A DNA stretch of 64,000 nucleotides from Pelomyxa schiedti (Eukaryota; Protista; Evosea). The notes below the pieces were generated by a model, which was not told the origin of the DNA, did no database searches, and saw only the letters and a list, made by a program, of their open reading frames with translations. Below, piece by piece: positions 34,553-52,591 of this stretch. The stretch spans positions 22,406 to 86,405 of the forward strand of contig JAHLWZ010000694.1 in NCBI GenBank assembly GCA_020536535.1, written 5' to 3'. Positions within the stretch are counted from its first letter, which is position 1. Every line of letters starts with the position of its first letter. The position numbers were made by a program, and so were the translations under genes.

Positions 34553-36439
34553 TTAGAATTTGTTGTTTGGGTTCAGGTTGGGAGTAGCAGCTGAGGAGGA
34601 TCTTGGTGTGGGTTGAACTTGAGGGGTAGGGGCTTGTGGTGTGGGTGCTTTGAATGGTGTTGGGGTGCTTCTTCCAGTGAGAGAGGGTGTTGTGACGATT
34701 GGGGTGCTGTATGAGGCACGCAGTTGAGGATCAGCAATCTTTCCTAAGCGGTTCATAAGTGAGTGCCCAGCCGGAGAGAGTGCTCCAAATCGGGAACTCG
34801 GAGTGGATGGAGTTGCCATCCGAAACGGAGAGGAAGGTCTACGTTCAAGTTAGGAGTTGAGAGCAATTGCTAGTAGGAAGGATATACTTTGTTATCGTTT
34901 GCAGTCGAAGATTTTGTGCTCTTTTCTCGGTCAAAGCAAGAGCAATTTTTTCTCGTTGCGGGGGCTCGGGTACCTTGAACCTTGGACCTGCAGATGTTAG
35001 TGAGGTAACAAACAATTGGATTAATACCAGGGGTTGTGTCGAGTGGTGTATCAGTTGGATCCAGTCTAAGGGGCGTTGCAGCGATTTTACCCCAGGTTGT
35101 GAGGGGTGAGTCCCCAGGGGCTGGTGAAGGTGTTGCAACAAATGAATAGCCTCCAACCTTTGGTGATTTCCCTGTTAGATCTACAAGATAAAAATGAATA
35201 TTTGCTTATCCATTCTGGATTTGATACCATCAAGATCGATCTGCCTTCCTTCCTGTTGTTTTCGGCGTCTTTCACCAAATTGTTCTTCAGACGTTGTAAC
35301 CATTCCATAGACATGCTCTGTGTCACTCTGGAAAAGAAAGTTAGTGAAGCTCCTCATGAGAGAAAGAATACTTCTTCCGGCTTGGTGTGATGCACTTTTC
35401 CAATAATTCTAGTGTTGGAATACTTTATTTCTTTCTGTGGCCCCGTCATCAATTCTTCCAGCTCCTTGGCAGTCAAAGGTTGCTAATTTGGTGTTAGACA
35501 CATACTGTGGTGACGGAAGAACAAGCACGAAAACCAGCCCCCCCTCCCCAAACAACCAACTCAACCATGGCGCACCCCAGAGGGTGTGTAAAACAGCTGG
35601 TTCTTTGGTTCATATGGCCAAGTCAAAAGTTGAACACTGTCCTTCTCGGCACCTTGCAGCAACAAAGCATCATTCTGTTTCTTGGTCTCCACCAGCCACA
35701 GAGCTTTAGAACGCCTTTTCCTGGAAGCTTTTTCGGAAAGCTTTTCAAAATCCGCATTATCCTCACTGGTATACTTCGAAAGGTAAGCATCAAGATGTAA
35801 GTTGGTGTCAGCTACAGGTTCCTCACTATCACCATCACCATCGCCATCGCCTCCCAACTCGCCCTCCAAGCTTGTTGAAAAAGATGAAGACGATGTAGCA
35901 CAAGGGCCTGTGTCTTGTTCGCGAATTGGTGTTTGTTGCAACGAATGTGAAGGAGTAGTAAAACTAGGAGTTCCTGGATGAAAATGAATCAATATACAAG
36001 CACTAACTCCAAAAGCAAAAGGGGGAGAAAAAAAAAAATAGTATCAATAAGAATAATACTATATAAGATCACTACAATTGAAGTCAACCGAACCTGAGGA
36101 GGCTTTTCGCACTTCGCTCGCCGCCCTAAGTTTGACTTCAACGGATCTCATTTTGCCAATGTCGTCCGCTTCCACCGCCTCGAGGTACTCAAGTCCCAGA
36201 GACAATTTTGTGTTGTCGGGGAAGAAGTCTCGTTGAATGATCTTCTCCATGCCCGTGACGTAGTCGTTTTCTGTCAGCACCTTGGGCTTCTTTGGGCTCC
36301 TGCAGAAGATCTTAACTCAACCGCCACGAGAAAAACCGCAGTGTTTTACAACAAGAAGACAAACATACGGAGCAACGGGGAGAGATTCCTCCTTCAACAC
36401 TAGCGCCGTGTTCGACACCGGTACCAAGTCCTGCGACAT
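34553..36439 (-). CDS. ESS2: splicing factor ESS-2 / DGCR14 homolog
   Basis: KVLTENDYVTGMEKIIQRDFFPD, LHLDAYLSKYTSEDNADF, WPYEPKNQLFY, GPRFKVPEPPQREKIALAL, LSPAG..L, DPQLRASY. Confidence 0.92.
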
Positions 36440-36789
36440 TTGTGAAAAAAATTAAAAACAAATAAAGAGAACAAGAAATTTTCCCTGGTCTCTCACGCCC
36501 ACAGAAATCCTTCCAAATCCTCCCCAAACTTCGTGCACTCCCCTGCTCACACTCTTGTAAAAATCCTCCCTGTTTTTTTTGCAGTCATGGGCCTCACGAG
36601 GACGAAAATACCCTCAAAAGCTGTGGCCTCTGACAGTACAGCACATGTTTTGTTTTTAGTGGGGTGTTTTGTTTTGTTTTTCCCACTAAGAAAAAAGAAA
36701 TTTTTGAGGGCCTTTTTTTATGTACACCTCAGGTGAGTGGGGACTAAAAAAAATTGGTGGAGAGCCCCATTTTGCATCTTCCCGCTCTG

Positions 36790-37414
36790 TCATGTTAGGA
36801 AAAGTGAACAAGAGCTTATGGTCCTTATCCAGTGCCTTGATGTGTCTCTTTTCATTCCATTAGAGAGTGTTTGATGTTTGTCTACTACATACAGGAAACA
36901 TTGCAAAGGACTTTTCACGACAGTTCTTCCATGAATCGTTATAAAAAAGTACGTGGAACGTGGGTTCACTCCGATGCGGGTATATGATAGCACCGCCGAA
37001 CGTCAATTTGTCTCTGGGCCACTTCTGTGAATATAGCCGGTGTTTGTAGGCTCAACAACGTCGAAGGGAAGGCAGCGGCACCTTTGGCGCGGGACTTGTC
37101 CTCTCGGAGGCATATCAACAACACCATGGCACTCGAAAATCAGGCAGTGTGCCAAGTGCTGGTCCCTGAGCGTGCGCGCACGTCGATTGTCGCCACACGC
37201 CCTCTGCAGCATCGGAACCTTACAGCACGCGTCGACGTAGTTCAGCGCGACGCCGAGCGCGTCTGCAAGCTGGGGCCCCGTCGCCACCGTCCCTGGTCTT
37301 GAGCACAGCCTGGCCGCTCAACGTGAGCGCCGCCCGCCAAACGACGTCCACGTCCTCGCCCCCCTCGCTCGTCGGCGACCGGGGAGATGGTGGCATTGGT
37401 GGCGACCTCGCCAT
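36790..37414 (-). CDS. possible small hypothetical gene or pseudogene; exon structure unresolved
   Basis: GC-rich ATG-initiated segment with candidate GT-AG introns, but I could not establish one consistent frame. Confidence 0.25.
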
Positions 37415-37853
37415 TGGGTGCCGCTGCAGCAGCTGTGGTTGTTGCCCTTCGTAACTAAGTCACTTCGTTGCGCTCGTTTTTTTTTTTTTTTTTGGGCGAT
37501 CAAACATCTCCGAAATCTATTCCAGATCGAAGGTGACGCGGAGATGCAGGCTGTCGTAGATCCACATGAAGGCACAATAGTTAACCATTGTTCGTTTACG
37601 TCTTTTCTCTAACATTCTTCCCTCTTCTCTCTGTTCTTCCCTCTTGTTTCCTCTTTTTTTTTTTTTTTTTTTGTGGTTGTTTTAACTAACCGACCAACGG
37701 TGGCATGCACATCATTGCTCCGCCGTGGCGCTGCAATAAACGCGATATACACATGGTTAAGTGGTCACAGGAAAGTCCAAAACGGTCGATTGTTCAAATT
37801 CGCCTTCGCAGTCCCTTCCACCAAGCACGTTATCCAGCGTTACTGCCAAGACC

Positions 37854-38568
37854 ATGACACTCAATGCGACCAACAGCAAAACTAATGCTATCCCTGCAGT
37901 AAGCAACACTACTAGTTCTGTGCCGGCGGCATCTACCACAAAACTGAAATCATACCGGAGCAGGAGAAGGTCACTATCACGCTCTCGCTCGCGGTCTAGG
38001 TCACCAAGGTCACGTTCTCACTCTCGCTCGCACTCACGGTCACGCCCACGTGTGCCCTCACTATCACCGCCGGTAGCAGCCACAACTCCCCCAATACCAT
38101 CTTCTCCACCGGCTACATCCCCGGCACCAGCTTCAGTTCCTTCATCACCACCCCCTACTAGAGGAAGAAGTGATTCTTCTTCATCGTCCTCTTCATCTTC
38201 GCCATCACATAAGAAACACAAGCATAAGCACAAGCACAAACATAAAAAGGATAAGAAAGACAAAAAGGACAAGAGCAAGAAGGATAAAAAGAAGAAAAAG
38301 GAAGTACCACAAGGACCGGTTCCATATTCAACAGTATGCTCTTCCCTCTGACCTTATATAACATTCACGGAACTCATCAACCCATACCACAAAAAATCAT
38401 CAACAGTACTTGCGGACAAAGAGTGATTCTGACTCGGAAGGTACCGGAAGAAGCCTCATTTCTGGCAGAAAAATCAAACTCCACCGGCACAAGACCAAGA
38501 AGGAGAAAGTGGCCGATGCCAACCGCGGAGACTTACTCGAGTTTCTCAATGCACTCTACCAAGACTAG
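37854..38568 (+). CDS. small RS/Lys-His-rich nuclear protein with a conserved-looking C-terminal helix
   Basis: RS repeats, KKHKHKHK/KKDK tract, one intron (~38334-38406), then RSLISGRKIKLH..ANRGDLLEFLNALY; the start is uncertain. Confidence 0.7.
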
Positions 38569-38981
38569 GTCATGCATATGCCTTTGTCCACACCATCACT
38601 GGAACCCAACCCATAATGCCAGTTTCCACCCTTTCTCCTTCCACCTTTTAACTCCTACGCTGCCTTGTCTGTGCCTTTCCGCATCCATTTATAGTCTTTA
38701 CCCTTTCGCTCCCGGCTTTTTTTTAATCTTTCCGCTGAAAAACTCAACAGTATTACAGTAAAAGAATCAAACGGGACAAACAAACCAAACAACAAGACAT
38801 TAAAGCCCTGCTCTCTTACCAAAAATTAAAAAATATCAATATAAGATCCCCAAGACTGCTGCCGCACGTACACCGGCAACACGCGCGAGTCTACGACACG
38901 TGTGCCGTCTTGAACTACGGTGTTGTTTGTTGATTTATAGTGGTGGTTCTGGCTGGAGTCAGTTAGGGAGAGAAGGAAAAA

Positions 38982-41836
38982 ATGAGTAACAACATGTTCG
39001 CACAGACGGCGCGCGAGATCGCCGTCAAGGCCACTGTTCATGCGGACAACAATCGTGTTCCTGAGGCTGTTTATCTGTACCAATTGTCTATTACTTTCAT
39101 TGACAAGGCTGTAGCATGTACCTCTCTTTGTTCATCTCCAGTCCATGTTTTTGTTCACCACACCAACGCAAATTAGGCACCCAGGATGCACAAGTGAATC
39201 AAATATTGCTTAAAACAAAAGCACAATACCGTGAGTACATCGACTCACACAACGACAAGAGTACAGCGCCCCAAGTGCAACCGGCTCCTACACCTCCAAC
39301 ACAAACACCACTGCTCCCAACCCCAAGCAATCCAGCACCCACGGCCCCTGCTGTAACACCAAGCGCACAACCCATTCCCACTCCCACAGCTTCACCTCCT
39401 CTAGTACCAAGTACACATCCTCCGTCAACAGTACTACCGAGTAGCAACCCTTCGACAGCACAAACAAGTAGCAATCCTTCAATCACAACACAACCGCCCG
39501 TTAACCCAACACCAACCACGTTTGTTCCGCAGATTGCCCTTCCTTCAACACCTGCTCCTCTACCTCCAAGTACAAACAACAGCACACAGACAGCTACTGT
39601 ACCATCAACATTAAATACAAACGGTACCCCGACCTCGGGGTCTCTCACTCGCACCATTTCTATGCAACCGACTACCATGCGCTCTCGGAACCTACCAAAT
39701 CCTCCCCGAGCCCATACCCCATCCCCTCCCCCTCCTCCTGTTTCAGTTGCCCCGCGTCCTCCAACGGCTGCTCCTCCACCCCCACCATCTAGTCAGAACA
39801 CTATTATCGTACCACCGCAAGTCCCTGCCAACCCAATTCCCACTGCTACAACACCAACTGGGGCTGTGACATCCCCTTCTCCCTCAAATCCGTCAGTTCT
39901 TCCCTCTCCACCCACATCGTCAAGTACAAGTCCTGTTCTAAAACGAACTCAAACTACACCAGATATTGTTCTTGGAAGTGCTACAACATCTACTCTCACT
40001 TCTAATACAAGTGGGGTTGTTGGATGTGCCGTAGGTTCACTTTCAATACCTGCTCAGCAGCATCTTTCTCATATAAAAGAAGCCCTGAACGCTCAACGAA
40101 CAATTGCCACGCTTCCCCGTGACGCCACAGAAGAACAAAGGTAAAACACCGAATCATAAAGTAAGTTTCACATTTTTTTTTCATAGAGAAACCCACGACG
40201 GCGTAACCGCCCTTTGGAAAGCAGATGACTTTAGAAAAGCAGGAAATTCAGTGGATGCCATAAAACAGTATGAGGTTTGCATTGATCATCTGCTACGAGC
40301 AATATCTGGTAAACAAACAAAAGAGTGTTTTGGAAATCTAAATTTAATACATTTTTGTAACGTCTCACTCAATAATGAATACTTTTTCTTTCTTCTCTTT
40401 CTTTTATTTTATTGTTTTTAGTAGGGGACTCACGAAGATTCAAAAGGAAAGTGTCTCGATTGTCACTGCAGCCCCAACTAACAGACACCGAGCCCAGAGA
40501 GCCTTTACAAATGGTTTGTATCAGTAGTGTTAATTATCATTACTTGAAGTGATTTTTACTAGTCTTCCTATTGCACCACGATAGACTTTGTTAACGACAC
40601 TGTGCAATTGCACGAACGCTTGGGAGGCGGTGGTAGCGGTGCTACTGTATATCGATGCACTTGTGGGGGTCTAACTTTCGTGGCAAAACTAATGCCAGGG
40701 GACATGATGCCGGAGGTCTTTTTCACCATCTTTTTTTCTTGCGTTAACGAAAAACAAAGATGAAAAAAGCTCTTCTGGCGGAAATTGCAGTAATGCATTC
40801 CCTAGATCACCCTAATATCGTAAAATATCTCGGGCATGACCTCAGTAAACCGGTTAATATACCGCCTTTATAAACAAAATGTAACATATTGTTTCCAGAA
40901 AGAAATTCGACTTTACATGGAATACTATACTGATACTCTTTCGGGCGTTATTAAACAACATTTCACCAAGCATCAACTTTTGCCTCCGAGACAAATAGCC
41001 CAGTGGGGATTCCAGATTGCCAAGGGGCTCAAGTATCTCCACAGTCTCACACCACCAATAATACACCGAGGTAAGCCAAATCCTCTGGAGTCTCTTAATC
41101 ATTTCTCATCCCACCCTAGATTTAAAGAGTGAAAATGTATTTTCCCCTTTTTTGTGGTCCTTCTAATCTCAGGTACAGGTATTTGTCACTCGGTACTTTA
41201 GCCTTTTAGTAGTAAATTAAAGACGTGGAATTTGAATACTTCTTACCTTAATACTCAACAATAGAGACCCGCAGAATCAAGTACAATTTCTGAAGATTGG
41301 TACACAAACCTACACAAAGCAACTTGATAAACTTAACCTCCGTAGGCGACTTCGATACAGCGAAAGTTATAGAAGCAGCGAAACTCGCCTATACAAAGAA
41401 CACTGGAACTTTGGGGTACGACCAGTCCAACTTTTGTGTTTGCACTGAAGCCTCTCAAATGGGTTAGATACATGGCACCCGAAGTAGTCAACCCTTCTGA
41501 AAAAGGCTACTCCGACAAAGCAGATAGTATCCATTCGCTATTCCCTTTTTACCGGCTTTTTCTCCTTCATTAACGGCTTTGTCCCTTACAGTTTGGTCCT
41601 TTGGAATGGTACTCTACGAACTTATAGTACTACAGCAGCCCTACTACAACTTCCAACACTTTGAAATCTGGGGTCTTTGTGCAAAGGGAGAGAGGCCAAC
41701 ATTCCACGAGGTATCCGCAGAACGCATGGCTGAGATTGCCGATATTGTGAAATTGTTCAACAAGTGCACGGACTTTAACCCAGCAATCAGACCCACAGCC
41801 AAGAAGCTTATCAACAAACTCAGCCAGTTTATTTAA
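38982..41836 (+). CDS. Ser/Thr protein kinase with two MIT-like helical domains and a Pro/Thr-rich linker
   Basis: MIT-like AREIAVKA..EAVYLYQLSI and KADDFRKAGNSVDAIKQYEVCI; LGGGGSGATVY, FVAKL, HPNIVKY, IIHR|DLKSEN|VF, KI|GDFDTAK, GTLG|YMAPE, WSFGMVLYEL. Confidence 0.9.
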
Positions 41837-42271
41837 GGTGACATGCATTCGTTACTGCAAACACTTAACCAACCACAACACAGAGCCCATAATTACAATA
41901 ACACCATGAGCTAGAGTGTTGGGGTCGAGGCCCCGCCTCGTTGTACCCACCAACTCCCATTGTTGCCAGAATAGAAAATGTTCCCTTAAAATCAAAAAGA
42001 AGAACTCAGGAAAAAAAAAAGAACCTCAACTGTTCTATAAACAAGAGCGAAAAGAAAAAACCAAATCAAAAAAAAAAAAAAAAAAAAAAAGATCTCGAGG
42101 TACCGCGCCGCGAAACCCGTACGTCGACTTCACAACCAACGAGCAATGACGACACACGCATACGATTTTAAAGCACCTTGTTTCTAACATACTTCCCTCG
42201 TCTCCGTTTTTTAACTGGTCTTTTTTTCCCTCATTATTACTGCTACTTTTTTTTTTTCCCTCTCCACAGAG

Positions 42272-46560
<4,289 letters not shown>

Positions 46561-46823
46561 GCAACCTCCAACCACATCAACACCCATTTCAGTGTTCGTT
46601 CCTGTCTCAAAGTCACAAATAACATAACAACGAGGCTCTTGTTTCGCCCAACTGGCTTTTTTTTTTTTTTTTCGTTTTGTTTCCCTTTTTCTTCCCACAA
46701 CGGTACCCGCACCTATTACACTGTTGAAACGGTTTAAAACACTTTGGGAATCCCCTTTGTTGGATGCCAAGGAAACACGTACCAAAGAAACAGCTGTTGG
46801 TGTTTCAAATAAAAGGTTTCCAA

Positions 46824-47161
46824 TTAACACTTCTTGAACCTTGCCATGTCAATAATAATGCCTTTGCTGCTGCTCTGCCCGGCCAAATATACTAGTTGGA
46901 TTTTGGCTTTTGAAAGGGAATCTCCCTCACAATCACCCTCACTGAGTGAGGGCGGTGCTGAGCACAAGAGGCTCATTCCCCATTTTATCCCCCGCTGGGA
47001 TTGAGAGTGCTCTCTGGTGGAAACGGCCTAAGCAAAGTGAGTGTAAATTAATTGTTGGCTGAACCTACTGGGTTTGAAGACTGCTGCTGCCCCCGATTTT
47101 GCTTTTGCTGTAGAATTGAGAGTGCTTGAATTGAATCACCGCTTCCCAAATATATTCCCAT
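46824..47161 (-). CDS. possible small two-exon hypothetical protein
   Basis: ATG at 47161, GT-AG intron (gtaggtt...ttgcttag), then about 65 open codons to TAA at 46824; no recognisable domain. Confidence 0.25.
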
Positions 47162-47764
47162 CCATCCCTCAGAGTGTAGCACATAGCAACCTCGCTCAGT
47201 ATAGCACGCCAACCACCACACCACACTCCAGACACTCTACGACAACGCACAGTGCAACACAGCACCCATGTAAGATCTGCCTTGTGTCGCGGTATCGTTG
47301 TTGTTTTTTTTTTTTTGTAATCATGGTTTAATTTAAGTTTGTTTGCGGAAAAACAACAAAAAAAAGAAAATTAGAATTTTAGATTTTCGCCTGTTGGGAA
47401 GTTCCCAGGGTCTGAGGAACCAATCCCCAATCTGAACTGGAGTACCAGGACGGAATCTGAAGTGGAGGACCAGGACGGACTCTATTGGTTACCAAAGGGC
47501 CTCCCTCCGTGTCGTGAAAAATGAGCACACCAGCGGACACGAGCGGGACAGCCAAGACTTCGAGTTTGCGGTATTTGATTTTCCACTTATCACGTTCACC
47601 GTGTGTTATTTCGTACAACGAACGCGTCTTAATTGAGCCCTTGTTTGACTATCTCAGGCAATGCCTGTTGAGTGGGTGGTGACGTATCAATGTGTGTGAC
47701 TATATCCACCTGAGAACTGTGCAGTGCGGTGTTGGAAGTGACTGCTTAGATGTGAATGATTGAT

Positions 47765-48330
47765 TACCCGAAGCTGGCGGTGGCACTGCCTATTTCGATT
47801 CTGTGACAATTTTCGATTAAGATATGGTACCTTCTGGCAAAATCCTGCTGAATTCGGTGGTGCAATCAATCTTCAGTATGTAATTAATTAATGCCGAAAG
47901 AAAGCCGCCTTTATCGACGGGGAGTACCTACAGGAATGGCGGTGCAATTTACTTCACTGAGCAGAGCACAATTTGTACTACAGTCGGACTTTAATCGGAT
48001 GATTCATCTTTTTACAGGAACTATGCCGTTAAATGGGTTAAATGGGTTCCACTTTTTGAATTCCTTTTGTTCTAATAATATGTTCACGTGACTAGGGAGG
48101 ATGAGGGCGCTATTTGGTCAGCAGTGCGCGGAAGCTTCACTACTGGGGAATAACACTGATGTGAATGGCCACGGCAATTTGGCATGTGGAGTGAATGGCA
48201 CAAGAGCTGTGCCTCTTCCAACACACCAAAAACACAACTGGAAATGTGTTGTGGGGAAGTAGGCATGGCATCGATCCTAGGTAATGATATGACTTTGTGT
48301 GCTATGTATGTAACCTCTGGATACTGGAGT
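47765..48330 (+). pseudogene. decayed fragment of a Pmp-like (FxxN/GGAI repeat) beta-helix surface-protein gene
   Basis: FWQNPAEFGGAINL (47832-47873), FID..NGGAIYF (~47910-47955) and FCSNN..EGAIW (~48065-48117) lie in different frames with stops between them. Confidence 0.4.
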
Positions 48331-48629
48331 GGGTGTGGCCTCAATCAATAAGCCTCTCTGGTTATTCTACCCTTCACTGAAGTCATTTATTTCAAAACCG
48401 GGAAGCAAAGTCCAACTGCGCCGCCAGCAAGTCACTCCCAGTGACAGTTGGAAAAAAATGTAATAGAATGTTTTTTTTTTTGTGTCTTTGGCAAGAATAC
48501 GTTCGTCCTGTTTTATGCCCCAAAATGTACAGAAAAACATAGAACAAAAAAAAAGGGTTCAATTGCTTCTGCTTTGTTTTTTTCTTGGTCTTGATTGACT
48601 GTTTGTGTGAGGTGCGGTGCGGTGCGGTT

Positions 48630-49546
48630 TCATGTTCCAAGTGTGTGTCTCATGTCTTGCTGTTGGTGGTGTATGTTGGTGTTGAACTTGTGCCTGTTGA
48701 ATTGGATGATGTGTCCACTCTCGGCCTCTTGGCCGGACCTGGTTGTCGTATCCCTTGTCGTTGTCGTGACTGATGAACTTCCACTTGCAATTGGTGCACT
48801 GTTGTTGCCCGGGCTGAACTTGTTCCTACTGGATGCGTAAGGTTGCTGTGGCCCAAACTTCCTTTGCAAGGCGGAGATGATATCTTCCTTTGGAAGGATG
48901 CTGTCATCTTCCGCATCCAGTTGCCACGCTGCAAGTAGTGCTTCACCATGCGTCCACCACATGAGCTGCCCAATGTTGTACCCATCACCTGCCCTAATCC
49001 CATTTGCTAGAGCATTCAGGCCATCACGTAACTCACAGGAAGTCCATTCTCCTTGTGGGTTACCACACCGATATTGTTGCGTGTGGCTTCTTGAATGTAA
49101 CAACGAATTTGGTGGTGAGGGACACACTGGGGGCACGTCAAAGTGCACTGTTGGGTGAGCCGAGGATGATGATGGCATTTTTCTTTCAGTAGTCCTCTTC
49201 GAATGTCTGTGTTTGCCCTCGAGTTGATTTGTGGGCCAACGTAGCACCAGTGCGTGCTGCTGCCGGGGGGGACTTGCATGTTGCCGTTTCTGGGATCAGT
49301 GACTTTTATTGTTGTCATTATGAAAGAGTGTTAATCGTAGTAGTAGTTGTTGTAGTAGAAGTAGTAACTGCGGTTACTGTTGTTGTGGCAACATTGGACA
49401 ATCACATAAGGATGAGCAGAACTGGACACAGTGGTATGTTTCCGTCTGTGTTTTAAGTCTTCCTCACTCCCACTAGGGCTGTAACAAAGTTGACGACCAT
49501 TTGTGGGTGAAGGGTTGTTATATATATATATATATATGGTCTGCAT
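48630..49546 (-). CDS. hypothetical protein (structure uncertain)
   Basis: A 205-aa ORF with a globular-looking segment (ELRDGLNALANG..LMWWTHGEALLAAWQL) and low-complexity flanks. Confidence 0.35.
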
Positions 49547-49813
49547 TTTAAACGATGCTCAATCCGTTGTGTCTCACTAATGTATCGTGCGGTGTGATAG
49601 TAAATAAATGGCTGTATTAATCTAATACGTCGTCAAGCAGAAGGGCTTGGGTCGTTTATCGTCGTTGCGTTACCACTGCTCGCGGAGTTTACACTGGTCA
49701 CCGTCACACCATCTGTCAACATTGCCAATGCAAGTTTTTTTGTTTTTAATACAAAGCTTCGGCTGCACAGAAGCAAGTTCCGCCCCAAACGAAAAGAAAC
49801 AAAGTGGGTAAAG

Positions 49814-49873
49814 CAAAGCGTTTAAAAGCGATTCAAAACGGATTCTAAAGCGTTTAAAAGACTTTAAAAGCGT
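49814..49873. repeat. degenerate ~10-bp tandem repeat (AAAGCGTTTA-like), about 6 copies
   Basis: aaagcgttta/aaagcgattc/aaaacggattc/taaagcgttta/aaagacttta/aaagcgt just downstream of the PUS10 stop. Confidence 0.55.
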
Positions 49874-49902
49874 ATCACGGGTGCGTGGGTCCGTTGCAGG
49901 GA

Positions 49903-52312
49903 TTAAACGTCCTCTCCCATGTCTTGGTCGTGGGATTTGAAGTCCCGAACACAAATCCTCTCGGGAATTTTGAAGGCGTAGGGGAGTAGAGGAGCAGGTC
50001 TGATGGGGGGAGGGAAATCGAGTTCCACGCCCATGACATCGAGTTGCAGGATGTCTGTGTCACATCCAAGCATGCTACCAATGTTGGGTGTGGTGCGGCC
50101 TAGGTCGCCGTGAACGAATTCTTTGATGTACCTTGCGTGTTTGGTTAGGACACCGGAAATAAAACTAAGGTGAGAAAGAAAGAAAAAGAAAGGGAAGGAT
50201 ACGTTCCGGCCTGCGTGGTTACGTGGAGAACGAAGAAGTGTGGGGTGTCCAAAACCTCGAAATCGGCTGAATGGACTACTTTCATCCTTGTGGACAGAGT
50301 TCTCCTGTATTGGTTTTAGTATCTGACAACAGGCACATTGATGACAACCTGTGCAGTACTCTGAGAGGTGTCTTCTGGGCTAGTGTCAGGTCCTTAATAG
50401 CCCTGATGGGGGCTAACATTTCAGCAGTTACTTCTTTTGAGCACCACACCAGGGCGCTTTTATTGTCATTAGCAGCTCAGTAGGGTGGGTAGTGGTACCG
50501 GTACGCCTTTCTTTTATTCTCCTCCCCTGCTTTAAGTAGGCTGAGATTTTCTCTTGTTTTTTTTTTCCCCCATTGAGTGAAAGTTGAGATGAGTGGGTGG
50601 CAAACTGGGAAACACGTTGAAGGTGAGAAATCTGCACTTTGTCAGTGCTAGTATTCATTCTCTTTTGAATCTCCCCGTATTCTTCATCAGTGTGGTGTGG
50701 CTTTTTTGGGTTGACAATCTCAAGAACAAATGGCCGGCTATGATAGGTCAAACATGCATAAAAGGTGCTGAACCGTACCCATTACCAAGCATTCTAACAT
50801 CCATATCTTCACGACCCGAGGCAGAAAACTTGTAGCCTATCAGGGACATTACTTGCCGTTAAGGGATGGATCTCCACCGTACCAGATCCTTCAAAAAATG
50901 GTCCTATTGCTTGGTAAATGAGCTCTTCAATTGAGTAATCTCCGTGCCTCTGACCGTCAATGAACCACGGTGATTGACTGAGATTTGGTGAGTATTTGCA
51001 GTACCTCCCTGTAATGTCATGTTGAGTAGTAAGGTAGAGGTATTGTCTACGCACCACCAAGATATATAGAGTCATGTGAAAAAGTTACTTGACAGGTAAA
51101 TTCAGTATCTACTTTTGCAGGAGGGCATGCGCAGTGTTTAATGAACTGATCACGGGTGAGCCCTTGTAGGGCACTTGTTGCTGTATGAATAGATGCCTCT
51201 GGTGTCTGCAATAGATATTACAAAATGGATATGCATAGTGGCGCAGTGTTCTTTAGTTTTCATGAGTTCAAGGTATTTTTTTAAAAGTAGTAACTTAAAA
51301 GGAAAATTGTTTTACATGATTCAAATTAAATTAATACCGTGGTTTGACAAGCGAATTTACGTCGCCGTTGGTTTTGTTGTAAAAATTGAGACTCTGAGAT
51401 TGTGGCAGCATGCAAAATTTGTACATTGATATGAAAATTTGCCTGCGGAGGCTAAGAAACTTTTACATGGGGCTGAACCATCATGCCTTGTATGTAAATG
51501 ACTGGTTTATTTTCGATCCAACTACTGGGCCTGTGACCCACTTGAATGCCTCTTTTATGCTAACTACAGTTTCCTCGGCCAACTTGCCGAACATAGAATC
51601 CCTATGGCAGTTATTACAAGAAAGAAATTGCAGCTCAATGGCAGAGGTGGTTATCCACACCCAAACCGACTGCGAAGGTGATGCCACATTGAATAATCCC
51701 GAACCACAAGAGAAACCGGCAAGGTCACAGTCAATGACCATCCATTGAATTTCCATCCTCCTGCAAGTAGTGGCCTGACAAGAACGTCGTCCACAAAAGT
51801 TGTTTCATGGCATTTTGTCAAAACTCCAAAGCACGTCGGACATACTTTGTGAAATACCGTCAATTGTAAGACCACAAAGGAGACCTAAAATACTCACTTG
51901 GATGTGCAGCAGAGAAGAGTGCTTGATTTTCACACACGTTCCTCAGTGTTGCTATCAAAGTCTATATAGTTAGATATTAATATCGCTTGTTTCCCATCAC
52001 AACATAAAGACCGACCTGATGACCCAGCAAATAAAGCGTGTAAGTTCTTTCACCAAGGAACCTCAGGGCGCAATAAACACACACACCAGCGTCGCTCAGA
52101 ACGCCGACTACGTCTCGCCCAACGCGCTGCCCGTCGGCTGCAACAAATCTCTCACCGAATTGAAACGCTGATGTTGTAGGGGCCGGATCTGTGGTGCTTT
52201 GCCTCACAGTAGTGGAACCACCACTATTGGCCGCTGATGTGGTAGTCGTCGTAGATACCGTAGATGGCGGTAATTCGGGTGCAGATGTTGCCGGTGGCGT
52301 GGTGGAGGCCAT
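49903..52312 (-). CDS. PUS10: tRNA pseudouridine synthase Pus10
   Basis: CVYCALRF, GRYCKYSPNLSQSPW, YKFSASGREDMDVRML, RPFVLEIVNPK, QKTPLRVLHR, TQAGT|YIKEFVHGDLGRTTP, DILQLDV. Confidence 0.95.
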
Positions 52313-52591
52313 TAATGTGGCGATCTATTGGGCAAAAAAAATAACTAAAAAAATATCAGGGCGATTTAGAAATCACGGTGTTCATACGGTAATTCCATTG
52401 CTTACATCACTATACATGTACCTCAACAGAAGCAATTAAGTTGATGAACCCAGTAGGGATACCAGCGAGACGCAATTATGGTTTTCGACTTTCAAACAAA
52501 TTCGTTGTTCGACGAAGGAGTCCTTCGTGGACTGGCATTTTTGGTTGAGCTCAGCAACATGTGGCAGGGGTTTTCAGCCTTACCTGGTTGG

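Noticed and set aside
37003-37005. In-frame TGA between two same-frame ORFs (selenocysteine or readthrough?)
   Set aside because: No selenoprotein-like context or SECIS is visible; alternative intron placements explain it equally well.
46880-47015. Cluster of hairpins and an RNase MRP-like ACAAGAGGCTCATT motif
   Set aside because: The complementary GAAAGUCC-type P4 strand is missing, and the region is open as a possible minus-strand exon. An Infernal/Rfam scan would settle it.
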